Below, one piece after another: positions 38,689 through 49,109 of a stretch of DNA of 64,000 nucleotides. The position numbers and the translations under genes were made by a program. Source of the DNA: an uncultured delta proteobacterium. GTDB taxonomy: Bacteria; Myxococcota; Myxococcia; Myxococcales; Myxococcaceae. A model generated the notes under the pieces. That model was not told where the DNA came from, did not search any database, and was given only the letters and a program-made list of their open reading frames with translations. The DNA lies in NCBI GenBank assembly GCA_963776345.1, contig CAVZMH010000024.1:64001-128000 (forward strand). Reading direction: 5' to 3'. The first letter of the stretch is position 1. Every line of letters starts with the position of its first letter.

Positions 38689-40391
38689 ACCGCATCTCCC
38701 TGCATCTTCCGGCCGAGCTCGACTCGGACGTGAAGCGGACCCTCGCCGACTGGGACCAGGGCAAGAAGATGCAGCGCCTCTGGGACCGCGACGCCTCGCT
38801 GTGGACCGGTCAGGACGAGGCGAAGTGGCTCGGGTGGCTGGACGTCGTGGACGCGAAGACGCCGGTGAGCCCCGAGCTGGGGAGCTTCCTCCAGTCGATC
38901 GAGCTGGACCGGTTCGGCCAGGTCCTGCTGCTCGGGATGGGGGGCAGCTCGCTCTGCCCCGAGGTGATGGCCCAGACGTACGGGCCGGTGAAGGGGAAGC
39001 CCGAGCTCTTGGTGCTCGACTCCACCGACCCGGTCCAGGTGCAGTCGTTCGCCAGGCGCGTCGACCCGGTGCGGACGCTGTTCATCGTCTCCAGCAAGAG
39101 CGGGAGCACGCTCGAGCCGAACATCTTCTTCCAGTTCTTCTGGGCGAAGACGGTGGAGGCGGTGGGGCAGGAGAAGGCCGGGCGGCACTTCGTGGCCGTC
39201 ACCGACCCGGGCTCGAAGATGGAGCAGGTGGCGAAGGAGCACCGCTTCCGCGCCATCTTCCCGGGGAGGCCGAGCATCGGCGGGCGCTACTCGGCGCTGT
39301 CCAACTTCGGCCTGGTGCCGGCGGGCGCGATGGGCGTGGACCTCCCGCGGTTCCTCGGGAGCACGCTGACCATGGTGCAGGCCTGCGCCGGGAGCGTCGT
39401 CGCCTCGAAGAATCCGGGCGGTATCCTCGGCGCGGTGCTGGGGACGCTGGGCAAGGCGGGGCGGAACAAGGTGACGCTGGTCACCAGCCCGGGCATCGGC
39501 GACGTGGGCGCCTGGCTGGAGCAGCTGCTGGCCGAGTCGACCGGCAAGCAGGGCAAGGGGCTCATCCCGGTGGACCGCGAGGCGCTGGGCGCGCCCGAGC
39601 AGTACGGGCAAGACCGGCTCTTCGCCTACCTGCGGCTCGAGTCGGCGCCGGACACTGGCCAGGACCGGGGCGTGGAGGCGCTGGCCAGGGCCGGGCACCC
39701 GGTGGTGCGCATCGCCGTGGAGGACCCCTACGCGCTGGGGCAGGAGCTCTTCCGGTGGGAGATCGCGACCGCCGTGGCCGGGGCGGTCCTGGGCATCAAC
39801 CCCTTCGACCAGCCGGACGTCGAGGCGAGCAAGGTCGAGACCCGGAAGCTGACCGAGGCGTACGAGAAGACCGGGTCGCTGCCGGACGAGCGCCCGTTCC
39901 TCGAGGACGGGCCGGTGGCCCTGTTCGCGGACCCGGCCAACGTCCAGGCGCTCCAGGGCGGCAAGACGCTGGCCGACGTGCTCCGGACGCACCTCGGGCG
40001 GCTCGGGGCGGGCGACTACCTGGGCCTGCTCGCGTACATCCCGATGACCAGGGAGAACGAGGCGGTGCTGCAGGCGGGGCGCATGCGGGTGCGCGACGCG
40101 CGGAAGGTCGCCACCTGCCTCGGCTTCGGGCCGCGGTTCCTCCACTCCACCGGCCAGGCCTACAAGGGCGGGCCGAACTCGGGCGTGTTCCTGCAGGTCA
40201 CCTGCGACGATCCGGTGCAGCTCCCCGTCCCCGGGCAGAAGTACACCTTCGGGGTGGTGAAGGCGGCGCAGGCGCGGGGTGACTTCGAGGTGCTCGCGGC
40301 GCGGAAGCGCAGGGCGCTCCGGGTGCACCTGCGCGGGCCGCTCGATGCCGCGCTCCGGAAGCTGCGCGAGACCATCGACCGGGCGGTCTGA
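38685..40391 (+). CDS. pgi: Glucose-6-phosphate isomerase (type usually fused to transaldolase)
   Basis: [62 protein letters not shown]. Confidence 0.93.
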   Translation: MNRISLHLPAELDSDVKRTLADWDQGKKMQRLWDRDASLWTGQDEAKWLGWLDVVDAKTPVSPELGSFLQSIELDRFGQVLLLGMGGSSLCPEVMAQTYGPVKGKPELLVLDSTDPVQVQSFARRVDPVRTLFIVSSKSGSTLEPNIFFQFFWAKTVEAVGQEKAGRHFVAVTDPGSKMEQVAKEHRFRAIFPGRPSIGGRYSALSNFGLVPAGAMGVDLPRFLGSTLTMVQACAGSVVASKNPGGILGAVLGTLGKAGRNKVTLVTSPGIGDVGAWLEQLLAESTGKQGKGLIPVDREALGAPEQYGQDRLFAYLRLESAPDTGQDRGVEALARAGHPVVRIAVEDPYALGQELFRWEIATAVAGAVLGINPFDQPDVEASKVETRKLTEAYEKTGSLPDERPFLEDGPVALFADPANVQALQGGKTLADVLRTHLGRLGAGDYLGLLAYIPMTRENEAVLQAGRMRVRDARKVATCLGFGPRFLHSTGQAYKGGPNSGVFLQVTCDDPVQLPVPGQKYTFGVVKAAQARGDFEVLAARKRRALRVHLRGPLDAALRKLRETIDRAV

Positions 40392-40394
40392 GAG

Positions 40395-40422
40395 GGCAGT
40401 CCCCAACAGGCAGTCGGCAGTC
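40395..40422 (+). repeat. Short heptamer repeat tract (GGCAGTC)
   Basis: GGCAGTC at 40395, 40409 and 40416, in 7-bp register, in the pgi-gnd spacer. Confidence 0.6.
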
Positions 40423-40435
40423 AGGAGCGACAGCG

Positions 40436-41407
40436 ATGCAGATCGGGATGATCGGCCTGGGTCGGATGGGCGGGAACATGGTCCGCCGGCTGATGAAGGG
40501 CGGGCACGCGTGCGTGGTTCACGACCGCGGCGCCGACGTGGTCGCGGCCTTCGCCAGGGAGGGCGCCACCCCGGCGAAGACGCTGGAGGAGCTGGTGTCG
40601 AAGCTCCAGAAGCCACGCGCGGTGTGGATCATGGTCCCCTCCGGCGGGCCCACCGAGGACACGGTGCAGTCGCTGGCCAGGCTGCTCGACGCAGGCGACA
40701 CGATCATCGACGGCGGGAACAGCTTCTTCAAGGACGACGTCCGCCGGGCGAAGGAGGTCGCGAAGAAGGGCATCCACTACGTCGACGCCGGCACCAGCGG
40801 CGGGGTGTGGGGCGCCGAGCGCGGCTACTGCCTGATGGTGGGCGGCCCGAAGGAGGCGGTGCAGCGCATCGAGCCGGTGCTCCGGACCCTCGCCCCGGGC
40901 AAGGGCGACATCCCGGCGACACCGGGGCGCGACGGGAAGAGCACCGCGGAGCTGGGGTACCTGCACTGCGGCCCCCCGGGCTCCGGGCACTTCGTGAAGA
41001 TGGTGCACAACGGGATCGAGTACGGCCTGATGCAGGCCTACGCCGAGGGCTTCGACATCTTCAAGAATGCGGGCTCGGAGCAGCTGCCCGAGGAGATCCG
41101 CTACGACCTGAACATCGCCGACATCGCCGAGCTGTGGCGGCGGGGCAGCGTGGTCTCCAGCTGGCTGCTCGACCTGACCAGCATCGCGCTCGCCCAGGAC
41201 CCGACGCTGGAGAGCTACTCGGGGTTCGTCCAGGACTCGGGCGAGGGCCGGTGGACGGTGCAGGCGGCGGTCGACGAGGCGGTGCCGGCCGAGGTGCTGA
41301 CCGCGGCGCTCTACACTCGCTTCCGCTCGCGGCAGCAGCACACCTTCGCCGAGAAGCTGCTCTCGGCGATGCGCAAGCAGTTCGGCGGCCACGTGGAGCC
41401 CAAGTAA
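40436..41407 (+). CDS. gnd: 6-phosphogluconate dehydrogenase (decarboxylating, short YqeC type)
   Basis: [48 protein letters not shown]. Confidence 0.97.
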   Translation: MQIGMIGLGRMGGNMVRRLMKGGHACVVHDRGADVVAAFAREGATPAKTLEELVSKLQKPRAVWIMVPSGGPTEDTVQSLARLLDAGDTIIDGGNSFFKDDVRRAKEVAKKGIHYVDAGTSGGVWGAERGYCLMVGGPKEAVQRIEPVLRTLAPGKGDIPATPGRDGKSTAELGYLHCGPPGSGHFVKMVHNGIEYGLMQAYAEGFDIFKNAGSEQLPEEIRYDLNIADIAELWRRGSVVSSWLLDLTSIALAQDPTLESYSGFVQDSGEGRWTVQAAVDEAVPAEVLTAALYTRFRSRQQHTFAEKLLSAMRKQFGGHVEPK

Positions 41408-42940
41408 ATGGTGCAGAAGCTGGAGACGGCGCTCACCCCTCCGCACAACCGCACCGCCGACCCGTGCGTGGTCATCATCTTCGGGGCCTCGGGTGACCTG
41501 ACCCGGCGGAAGCTCATCCCGGCCATCCTCAACCTCCAGAACGCGGGCTTCCTCCCGCGGAACCTGGCGGTGGTGGGCGTGGCCCGGACGCAGATGAGCA
41601 ACGTGCAGTTCCGGGACGAGGTGAAGCCCGACGACAAGGTCCTCTCCACCGAGCCGATGCGGGCGGCCTGGGGAGCGCTCTCCGAGCGCATCTTCTACTT
41701 CTCCGCCGACGCGACGAAGCCCGAGTCGTTCACCGGCCTGGCCGAGTTCCTCAAGAAGACCGACGGCCAGGTGGGGACGCCCGGGAACTACCTGTTCTAC
41801 CTCTCGGTGGCGCCGACCTTCTTCGCCCCCATCGTGCAGAACCTGGGCCAGAGCGGCCTGGCGAAGGAGGAGAACGGCCGCTGGCGCCGGGTGGTGATCG
41901 AGAAGCCCTTTGGACACGATCTGCCCACCGCGGTGGAGCTGAACCGGAGCATCAAGTCGGTGATCGGCGAGAGGCAGATCTTCCGGATCGACCACTACCT
42001 GGGGAAGGAGACGGTCCAGAACCTCATGGTGTTCCGGTTCGGAAACGGGATGTTCGAGCCGATCTGGAACCGGAACTACATCGACCACGTGCAGATCACC
42101 GTGGCCGAGGAACTGGGGGTCGAGGGCCGGGGCGGCTACTACGACACCGCCGGCGCGATGCGGGACATGGTGCCCAACCACATCGCCCAGCTGGTGAGCC
42201 TGGTGGGTATGGAGCCGCCGATCTCGTTCAGCGCGGATGCGGTCCGAGACGAGCAGGTGAAGCTCCTCAACTCCATCGAGCCGATGTCGCCGGAGGACGT
42301 GCTGCACCAGGCGGTGCGCGGGCAGTACGGGGCGGGCGACGTGGACGGGAAGAAGGTGCCCGGCTACCGCGAGGAGGAGAAGGTCCCGCCCGAGAGCCAC
42401 ACCGACACCTTCGTCGCGCTGCGCCTGATCGTCGACAACTGGCGCTGGGCGGGGGTGCCGTTCTACGTGCGCACCGGGAAGCGCCTGCCCAGGCGCGTGA
42501 CCCAGATCGTCATCCAGTTCAAGCACGCGCCGGCGATGCTCTTCCAGCACACCTCGGTGGACCGGCTGACCACCAACCGGCTCTACATCCACATCCAGCC
42601 CAAGGAGGGCATCTCGCTCCGCTTCGGGGCGAAGGTGCCCGGACCACTGCTCACCGTTGGCGCGGTGGAGATGGACTTCGACTACCTGGACTACTTCGGC
42701 AAGGTGGCGAGCACCGGCTACGAGACGCTGCTCTACGACGCGATGATCGGCGACGCCACGCTGTTCCAGCGCGCGGACATGGTGGAGGCGGGCTGGTCGA
42801 TGGTGCAGCCGATCCTCGACGTGTGGAAGGCGCTCCCGCCTCGGAGCTTTCCCAACTACGCCTCGGGGAGCTGGGGCCCGGCCGAGGCGGACGAGCTGCT
42901 CCGCCGGGAGGGCCGCCACTGGGAGAACACGGGGACGTGA
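41408..42940 (+). CDS. zwf: Glucose-6-phosphate 1-dehydrogenase
   Basis: [44 protein letters not shown]. Confidence 0.97.
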   Translation: MVQKLETALTPPHNRTADPCVVIIFGASGDLTRRKLIPAILNLQNAGFLPRNLAVVGVARTQMSNVQFRDEVKPDDKVLSTEPMRAAWGALSERIFYFSADATKPESFTGLAEFLKKTDGQVGTPGNYLFYLSVAPTFFAPIVQNLGQSGLAKEENGRWRRVVIEKPFGHDLPTAVELNRSIKSVIGERQIFRIDHYLGKETVQNLMVFRFGNGMFEPIWNRNYIDHVQITVAEELGVEGRGGYYDTAGAMRDMVPNHIAQLVSLVGMEPPISFSADAVRDEQVKLLNSIEPMSPEDVLHQAVRGQYGAGDVDGKKVPGYREEEKVPPESHTDTFVALRLIVDNWRWAGVPFYVRTGKRLPRRVTQIVIQFKHAPAMLFQHTSVDRLTTNRLYIHIQPKEGISLRFGAKVPGPLLTVGAVEMDFDYLDYFGKVASTGYETLLYDAMIGDATLFQRADMVEAGWSMVQPILDVWKALPPRSFPNYASGSWGPAEADELLRREGRHWENTGT

Positions 42941-43920
42941 TCGTCGCCGGCGACATCGGGGGCACCAACGCCCGCCTGGCGACGTTCGAGGTCCACGCCG
43001 GGCAATTGCTGTTGACCAAGGAGATCGTCTACCCCAGCCGTTCCGCGCCTGACCTCGAGACCATCGTCCGCCGCTTCGTGGAGGAGGTGCGGCCGGCGGC
43101 CAGCGCGGTGGCGCTGGGGGTGGCTGGACCGGTGAGGGACGGGCGCACCGAGACTCCGAACCTGCCCTGGGTGGTCGATGCGCGCGGCCTGGCGGACGTC
43201 CTGGGCGTCCGGCGAGTGACGCTCCTCAACGACCTCAAGGCCAACGCCTACGGCCTGCGGCACCTCGGACCCGCCGACTTCGCGACGCTGCAGCCTGGGG
43301 CGAAGGACGCCACCGGGAACCAGGCCATTCTCTCGGCGGGAACCGGGCTGGGGGCGGCGGGGCTGTACTGGGACGGAGAGCGGCACCGTCCCTTCGCCAC
43401 CGAGGGCGGGCACGCCGACTTCGCGCCCCGGAACCGGCTCGAGGCGGAGCTGATGGAGCACGTCGCCCGGGAGAAGGGGCGGGTGAGCGCCGAGCGGATC
43501 CTCTCGGGCAGCGGGCTGGTGCGCATCTACCGCTTCCTCCGGGCGCGCTCCGGGCAGCCCGAGGACCCTGCGCTGACCGAGCGTCTGGCGAAGGAGGACC
43601 CGGCGGCGGTCATCTCCCGCTGCGGCCTGGACGACGCGGACCCGGTGTGCGTCCAGGCGCTGGAGCTGTTCGTCTCGCTGTACGGGGCGGAGGCTGGGAA
43701 CGTCGCCCTGCGGATGCTCGCCACCGGCGGCGTCTTCCTCGGCGGGGGCATCGCGCCCAAGCTCCTCCCCCGGTTCAAGCGGGATGGTCTGTTCCTCTCC
43801 TCCTTCCTGGACAAGGGCCGGATGCGACCGCTGCTGGAGGACATCCCGGTGCTGGTGGTGCTCAACGACCGGGCGGCGCTCTGGGGCGCGGCGCACTGCG
43901 CGGCCTTCGACGAGACCTGA
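42937..43920 (+). CDS. glk: Glucokinase
   Basis: [50 protein letters not shown]. Confidence 0.95.
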   Translation: MIVAGDIGGTNARLATFEVHAGQLLLTKEIVYPSRSAPDLETIVRRFVEEVRPAASAVALGVAGPVRDGRTETPNLPWVVDARGLADVLGVRRVTLLNDLKANAYGLRHLGPADFATLQPGAKDATGNQAILSAGTGLGAAGLYWDGERHRPFATEGGHADFAPRNRLEAELMEHVAREKGRVSAERILSGSGLVRIYRFLRARSGQPEDPALTERLAKEDPAAVISRCGLDDADPVCVQALELFVSLYGAEAGNVALRMLATGGVFLGGGIAPKLLPRFKRDGLFLSSFLDKGRMRPLLEDIPVLVVLNDRAALWGAAHCAAFDET

Positions 43921-43931
43921 GGTGCGTGGCG

Positions 43932-44669
43932 ATGGCGGGTCCGCAACTTCGAGTGCTGGAGAGCCGGGACGCGGTGGCTCGCACCGCGGCGCAGTGGGTG
44001 CATGACCGGGCCTGGGCGGCGGCGAACGCGCGGGGCCGCTTCACGCTCGCGCTCTCGGGGGGGACGACGCCGCGCGCGCTCTACCAGCAGATGGCGGCGG
44101 GCCCGAGGCTACCCTGGGACCGGACGGTGTTCTGCTTCGGCGACGAGCGGAACGTCCCGCCGGACGACCCCGAGAGCAACGCCAGGATGGCCCGGGAGGC
44201 GCTGACCGGGCAGCCGTTCGTGAACCAGTCCAGCGTGCACCGCATCCGGGGCGAGCTGCCGGCCGCGGAGGCGGCGGCCGACTACCAGCAGACCCTCCGG
44301 AAGCTGTTCCCCGGGACGACGTCGTTCCCCAGCTTCGACCTGGTGCTGCTGGGGCTCGGGCCGGATGGCCACACGGCGTCGCTGTTCCCGCACTCGCCGG
44401 CGCTCGACGAGCGGGCGGCGTGGGTGGCGGCGAACTGGGTGGAGAAGTTCCGGACGCATCGCATCACCCTGACCTTTCCGGTGCTGAACGCGGCGGCCGA
44501 GGTGCTGTTCCTGGCCACGGGCGACGACAAGGCCTGGGCGCTGCGGAAGGTGCTGCGAGGCAGCGCGCCGGTGGCCGAGATTCCCGCCCGGGGCGTCGCG
44601 CCGGCGTCGGGCCGGGTCACCTTCCTGGTGGACCGGGCGGCGGCAGCCGGGCTAGGTCAGTCGACCTAG
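43932..44669 (+). CDS. pgl: 6-phosphogluconolactonase
   Basis: LSGGTTP, FGDERNVP, DLVLLGLGPDGHTASLFP, RITLT. Confidence 0.96.
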   Translation: MAGPQLRVLESRDAVARTAAQWVHDRAWAAANARGRFTLALSGGTTPRALYQQMAAGPRLPWDRTVFCFGDERNVPPDDPESNARMAREALTGQPFVNQSSVHRIRGELPAAEAAADYQQTLRKLFPGTTSFPSFDLVLLGLGPDGHTASLFPHSPALDERAAWVAANWVEKFRTHRITLTFPVLNAAAEVLFLATGDDKAWALRKVLRGSAPVAEIPARGVAPASGRVTFLVDRAAAAGLGQST

Positions 44670-45343
44670 GTGAAAGTACTTCCCTCCATCCTGGCCGCGG
44701 ACTACTGGCGGCTGGGCGAGCAGGTCGCCGACGCCGAGCGGGGCGGGGCGGACCGCTTCCACATCGACATCATGGATGGGCTGTTCGTGCCCAACCTCAC
44801 GCTGGGCATCCCGGTGGTGGAGGCGATGCGGCGGGGAACGAAGCTCCCCCTCGAGATTCACCTCATGATCGAGCGGCCGGAGCGGTACACGGCGGACTTC
44901 ATCAAGGCGGGGGGGATCTCCTGATTCTTCACCAGGAGGCCACTCCGAACCTGCACCGCGCCATCCAGCAGGTCCGACAGCTCGGGAAGCAGGTCGGGGT
45001 GGGGCTCAACCCGGCGACGCCGCTCAACGTGGTCGAGGAGGTCATCGAGGGGCTGGATCTCCTGCTCCTGATGACGGTGAACCCGGGCTTCGGCGGGCAG
45101 AAGTTCATCCGCGAGATGCTGCCCAAGCTGACGCGGGCCCGGTCGCTCATCCAGCAGCGGAGTCCCGGCTGCGAGCTCGAGGTGGACGGCGGGGTGGACC
45201 TGACCACCGGTCCCCTGGCGGTGGCGGCAGGCGCCGATGTCCTCGTGGCGGGCACCTGCGTCTTCGCTCACCCTGGCGGGCCGGGTGCCGGCGTGCGGGC
45301 GCTCCGCGAGGCCGTGAAGCGCGGTCCGGCCGCGGCGCCGTAG
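44670..45343 (+). CDS. rpe: Ribulose-phosphate 3-epimerase, frameshift in the G7 run at 44909-44915
   Basis: PSILAAD, HIDIMDGLFVPNLT, IHLM; next frame LNPATP, MTVNPGFGGQ, EVDGG, VAG. Confidence 0.93.
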
Positions 45344-45382
45344 CCCCGCGAGCGAGGGCGAGAGGTCAGACCGTTCGGCCGT

Positions 45383-45907
45383 TCAGGAGGCGGTGTCGTG
45401 ACCGAGCGCCCGCTGCGCCTCGGCGACCCCGGCCTCGGCGTTTCCGCTCTGGAGCAGCTGCACCAGCCGGGCATTCACCGCGCCGAGGCGGCGAGCGAGG
45501 AGCCGGGCCAGTCCATGGGCGATCTTCAGCGCGGCGACGTTCCCGCTCGACAGCCGGGTCCGGAGCGCCGGACCGGGGATGGCGGCGACGGTGACCGGCC
45601 CGACGGCGATCGCCGAGGCGCTGCGCTTTCCTCCGGCCTCGAGCACCGCCATCTCCCCGAGCACCGCCGGCGCCGAGACGACGGAGAGGATCTGATGCTT
45701 CCCGGCCGGGTCCCGCTTCACCACCTGCGCCGAGCCCGAGAGGAGGAACACCAGCGCGTCGCCGGGGTCGCCCTCGCGGAACAGCGGCAGCTGCGGCTCC
45801 AGGCCCTTCACCTCGGCGAGCCCGGCGATCTCCTCCAGCTCGGCCGCGCTCAACCCCGAGAGCAGCGGAACGTGGCGCAGGGCCTCGGCGCTCGGGCGCT
45901 CGCTCAT
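45383..45907 (-). CDS. Stand-alone cyclic-nucleotide-binding (CAP/Crp-type) domain protein
   Basis: VPLLSGL, LFREGDPGD, LGEMAVL...RSASA; no HTH; ATGA overlap with the helicase stop. Confidence 0.88.
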   Translation of the reverse strand: MSERPSAEALRHVPLLSGLSAAELEEIAGLAEVKGLEPQLPLFREGDPGDALVFLLSGSAQVVKRDPAGKHQILSVVSAPAVLGEMAVLEAGGKRSASAIAVGPVTVAAIPGPALRTRLSSGNVAALKIAHGLARLLARRLGAVNARLVQLLQSGNAEAGVAEAQRALGHDTAS

Positions 45908-47817
45908 CGGCGCCTCGCCCGCTCGAGTCGAAGCGACTTCTCGCCTCGCGACTGCCCGTCCAGCTTCTCGAACGCCGCCGCGTCCTCCTCGGCCACGAAG
46001 GCGTAGCTGTAGGTCGGGCGGACCTCGAGGCGCTGCAGCTTTCCGGCCGGAGCGCCCAGGCCCTCGAGCATCGAGGTGATGCCAGCGGCGTCGAGCCCCT
46101 CCGAGCTCCCGACGTTCATCCACAGCCGCACCTGTCCGGGAGTGCCGGCCTCGGCCTCCGGAGGCGACCCCTCCTCGGGCTTGTCCCGGCGGGGCGGGCG
46201 CTCGCGGTGCTCCCGTCGCTCGCGGGGGGCGCCGGAACGCTCGCCCCGGTCCGGGCGCTCGCCGCGCTCCGGCCGGTCTCCACGGTCGCTCCGCTCGCCG
46301 CGCTCACCTCGTCCGCCACGCTCGGACCTGGGCGGCCGGTCGCCCCGGGACCGCTCGCGCTCGCGGTGCGGCCGCGCCGGCGCCGGCGCCGGTTCCGGCG
46401 CTCCGGCGGCCTTCAGCTTCTCCATCCGCAGATGCCCGAAGAAGAACTTCAAGAGATACGCGATGGCGTCGTCGGCGTCGGGCCGCTGCTTCAGCTCGCC
46501 GGCGAGGCCGAGGTAGCCCTCGTACACGCTGCCCGCCGCGGCGGACTGGATCTCCCGGACGTGCCGCTCGGTCCACATCCGCATCGCTTCGTCGGGCGCC
46601 GGCATCTCGCGCTTCTCGAACTTGATGCCGTACTTCTTCTCCAGCACGGTGAAGGTGCCCAGCTCGCGCCCGGAGATCAGGTTGATCGCCGTGCCCTTCT
46701 TCCCGATGCGCCCCGTCCGCCCGACGCGGTGGAGGTACACCGCCGGGTCCTCGGGCAGGGAGTAGTTGATGACGTACTGGAGATCGGAGATGTCGATCCC
46801 CCGGGCGGCGATGTCGGTGGCCACCATGAAGGCCACCTCGCCCCGCTTCACCTTGGCCATCACCCGCTCCCGCTCCTTCTGGGGCAGGTCGCCGTTGAGC
46901 AGCTCGGCGTCGAAGCCGTTGCGGTTCAGCACCGCCGTCACCAGCGCCGTGTCGTCCCGGGTGTTGCAGAAGACGATGGCGTTGTCCGGCTCCTCCATCT
47001 CCAGCACGTAGATGAGGTTCCGGGGCTTCGGGTACGCGTCGGTCACGTCGTAGCGGACGTGGTGGATGTGGTCGACGGTGAGGACGTCGCCGGAGAGCAT
47101 CAGCATCTCCGGCGAGGTGGTGTACTGGCTGATGAGGTGCTGGATCTCCGGCGGCACCGTGGCGCTGAAGAGCAGGACCTGCCGGTCCTTGGGGAGCTGG
47201 TCGAGGATGCGGGTGACCTCTTCGTAGAACCCCTGGTTCAGCATCTCGTCGGCCTCGTCGAGCACGACGTGCCGGCAACCCTGGAGCTTGAGGTTCTTCC
47301 GCCGGATGTGGTCGTAGATCCGGCCCGGCGTGCCCACCACGATGGGCGAGCCGGCCACCAGCGCGTCCTCCTGCTCCTGCATCGACGCGCCGCCGTAGAT
47401 CGCGGTCACCCGGACGCCCTTGTACTTGGCGAGGTCCTGGAGCTCGGCGGCCACCTGGAGCGCCAGCTCCCGGGTGGGGCAGAGCACCAGCGCCCGCACC
47501 GCCTTGTCCTGGGAGTCCATCTTCTCCAGCAGCGGGAGCCCGAAGGCGGCGGTCTTCCCCGTCCCGGTCTTGCTCCGGACGATGAGGTCCTTGCCCTGCA
47601 TCACCGGGTCGAACGCCTGGGCCTGGACCGGCGTGGGGTGGGTGTAGCCCCGGTCGACCAGGGCGCGCCGGATCTCGGGGGAGAGGGCCAGGTCCTCGAA
47701 TCCCACCTCGGCCAGGTAGTCGGAGGGTCCTTCGGGGGTCGCCTCTTCCGCGGCCGGAGCCGCGTCGGGGGGCACGGGAGAATCGCCGCGTTCGGGCGCG
47801 GGCGGGTTGTCACTCAT
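45904..47817 (-). CDS. DEAD-box RNA helicase (DeaD/CshA-like, C-terminal DbpA-type RNA-binding domain)
   Basis: Q motif, SKTGTGKT, PTRELA, TPGR, DEAD, SAT, TDIAARGID, HRVGRTGR. Confidence 0.96.
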   Translation of the reverse strand: MSDNPPAPERGDSPVPPDAAPAAEEATPEGPSDYLAEVGFEDLALSPEIRRALVDRGYTHPTPVQAQAFDPVMQGKDLIVRSKTGTGKTAAFGLPLLEKMDSQDKAVRALVLCPTRELALQVAAELQDLAKYKGVRVTAIYGGASMQEQEDALVAGSPIVVGTPGRIYDHIRRKNLKLQGCRHVVLDEADEMLNQGFYEEVTRILDQLPKDRQVLLFSATVPPEIQHLISQYTTSPEMLMLSGDVLTVDHIHHVRYDVTDAYPKPRNLIYVLEMEEPDNAIVFCNTRDDTALVTAVLNRNGFDAELLNGDLPQKERERVMAKVKRGEVAFMVATDIAARGIDISDLQYVINYSLPEDPAVYLHRVGRTGRIGKKGTAINLISGRELGTFTVLEKKYGIKFEKREMPAPDEAMRMWTERHVREIQSAAAGSVYEGYLGLAGELKQRPDADDAIAYLLKFFFGHLRMEKLKAAGAPEPAPAPARPHRERERSRGDRPPRSERGGRGERGERSDRGDRPERGERPDRGERSGAPRERREHRERPPRRDKPEEGSPPEAEAGTPGQVRLWMNVGSSEGLDAAGITSMLEGLGAPAGKLQRLEVRPTYSYAFVAEEDAAAFEKLDGQSRGEKSLRLERARRR

Positions 47818-47900
47818 CGGGCACGGGCTTAATCCCTCCCATCCACCGTGGCAATCACGCAGCCCGGGGGTCCTGCTAGAAGCAGGCCGTCCGTCCGTCC

Positions 47901-49085
47901 ATGGCCCGTCCACCGAAGAAGAAGGCGAAACCACGACGCAAGCCCGCTGCCCGGGCCGCCGCTCCGTCCGCGCATCCCGCCGCTCCGTCCGCGCGTCCCG
48001 CCGCCCGCCGGCCGGCGACGGGCGCCCGAGGCGCGCGGAAGCGGGCGCCCCAGGCCGAGGAGGTCCGGGAGGCACGGCCGGAGGAGGAGGAGGAAGTCGA
48101 GTCCCCCGAGGTCGCCGAGCTCGCAGAGCCGGTGGAGCCTGATGGCGAGGAGCTGGCGGAGCTGGAACCGGTGGTGGCCGCGGCGCCGGCGGTCACCCCG
48201 CCCAGGTCCAGCGAGGGCAGTCTCGCCCGGACCGACGCGATGTCGGCGTACATGGCCGAGGTTCAGCGCCATCCGCTGCTCTCGCGCGAGGAGGAGGGCC
48301 GCCTGGCCCGGCTCTACCGCGACCATGGCGACCTGGACGCCGCCGCCCGGCTGGTCTCGGCCAACCTGCGCCTGGTGGTGAAGCTGGCCCACGAGTACCA
48401 CCGCAATCCGCTCGCGCTCCTGGACCTGGTGCAGGAGGGGAACATCGGGCTGATGCAGGCGGTGAAGAAGTTCGATCCGGAGCGCGGGGTGAAGCTCTCG
48501 ACCTACGCGGCCTGGTGGATCCGCGCGTACATCCTTCGCTACATCATGGACAACTGGAAGATGGTGAAGCTGGGGACCACCGAGGCCCAGCGGAAGCTCT
48601 TCTTCAAGTTGCGCCAGGAGCAGGAGCGGATGCTGAAGCTGGGCTACGAGGCGACGCCCAAGCTGCTGGCCGAGCGGCTCAACGTCACCGAGCAGGACGT
48701 GGTGGAGATGGACCAGCGGCTCGGGCCGGACGAGGTGTCCATCGACGCGCCGGTGGGCGACGACGGCGACGCCACGCGCGGCGATCGCCTCCTCCCCTCC
48801 AGCGGCTTCCCGGCGGCGGACGAACGGCTGGCGACCGAGGAGCTGAAGCGGCTCTTCCGCGACAAGCTGAAGGTTTTCGGGCGCACGCTCGAGGGCAAGG
48901 AGAAGTACATCTTCGAGAAGCGCCTCACCGCGGACGAGCCGATGACGCTCCAGGACATCGGCACGCACTTCGGGTTCTCGCGCGAGCGCGCCCGGCAGAT
49001 CGAGGCGGCGCTGGTGGACCGGATGCGCGAGTTCGTTCGCTCGGAGATGCCCGACTTCGACCTGATCGCCGAGCCGAAGCCGTAG
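47901..49085 (+). CDS. rpoH: RNA polymerase sigma-32 (RpoH) family factor
   Basis: ANLRLVVK, DLVQEGNIGLMQAVKKFDP, YAAWWIRAYI, RpoH box QRKLFFKLR, SRERARQIE. Confidence 0.9.
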   Translation: MARPPKKKAKPRRKPAARAAAPSAHPAAPSARPAARRPATGARGARKRAPQAEEVREARPEEEEEVESPEVAELAEPVEPDGEELAELEPVVAAAPAVTPPRSSEGSLARTDAMSAYMAEVQRHPLLSREEEGRLARLYRDHGDLDAAARLVSANLRLVVKLAHEYHRNPLALLDLVQEGNIGLMQAVKKFDPERGVKLSTYAAWWIRAYILRYIMDNWKMVKLGTTEAQRKLFFKLRQEQERMLKLGYEATPKLLAERLNVTEQDVVEMDQRLGPDEVSIDAPVGDDGDATRGDRLLPSSGFPAADERLATEELKRLFRDKLKVFGRTLEGKEKYIFEKRLTADEPMTLQDIGTHFGFSRERARQIEAALVDRMREFVRSEMPDFDLIAEPKP

Positions 49086-49109
49086 AAGGACGGCGCCGCC
49101 CGTCCAGGC

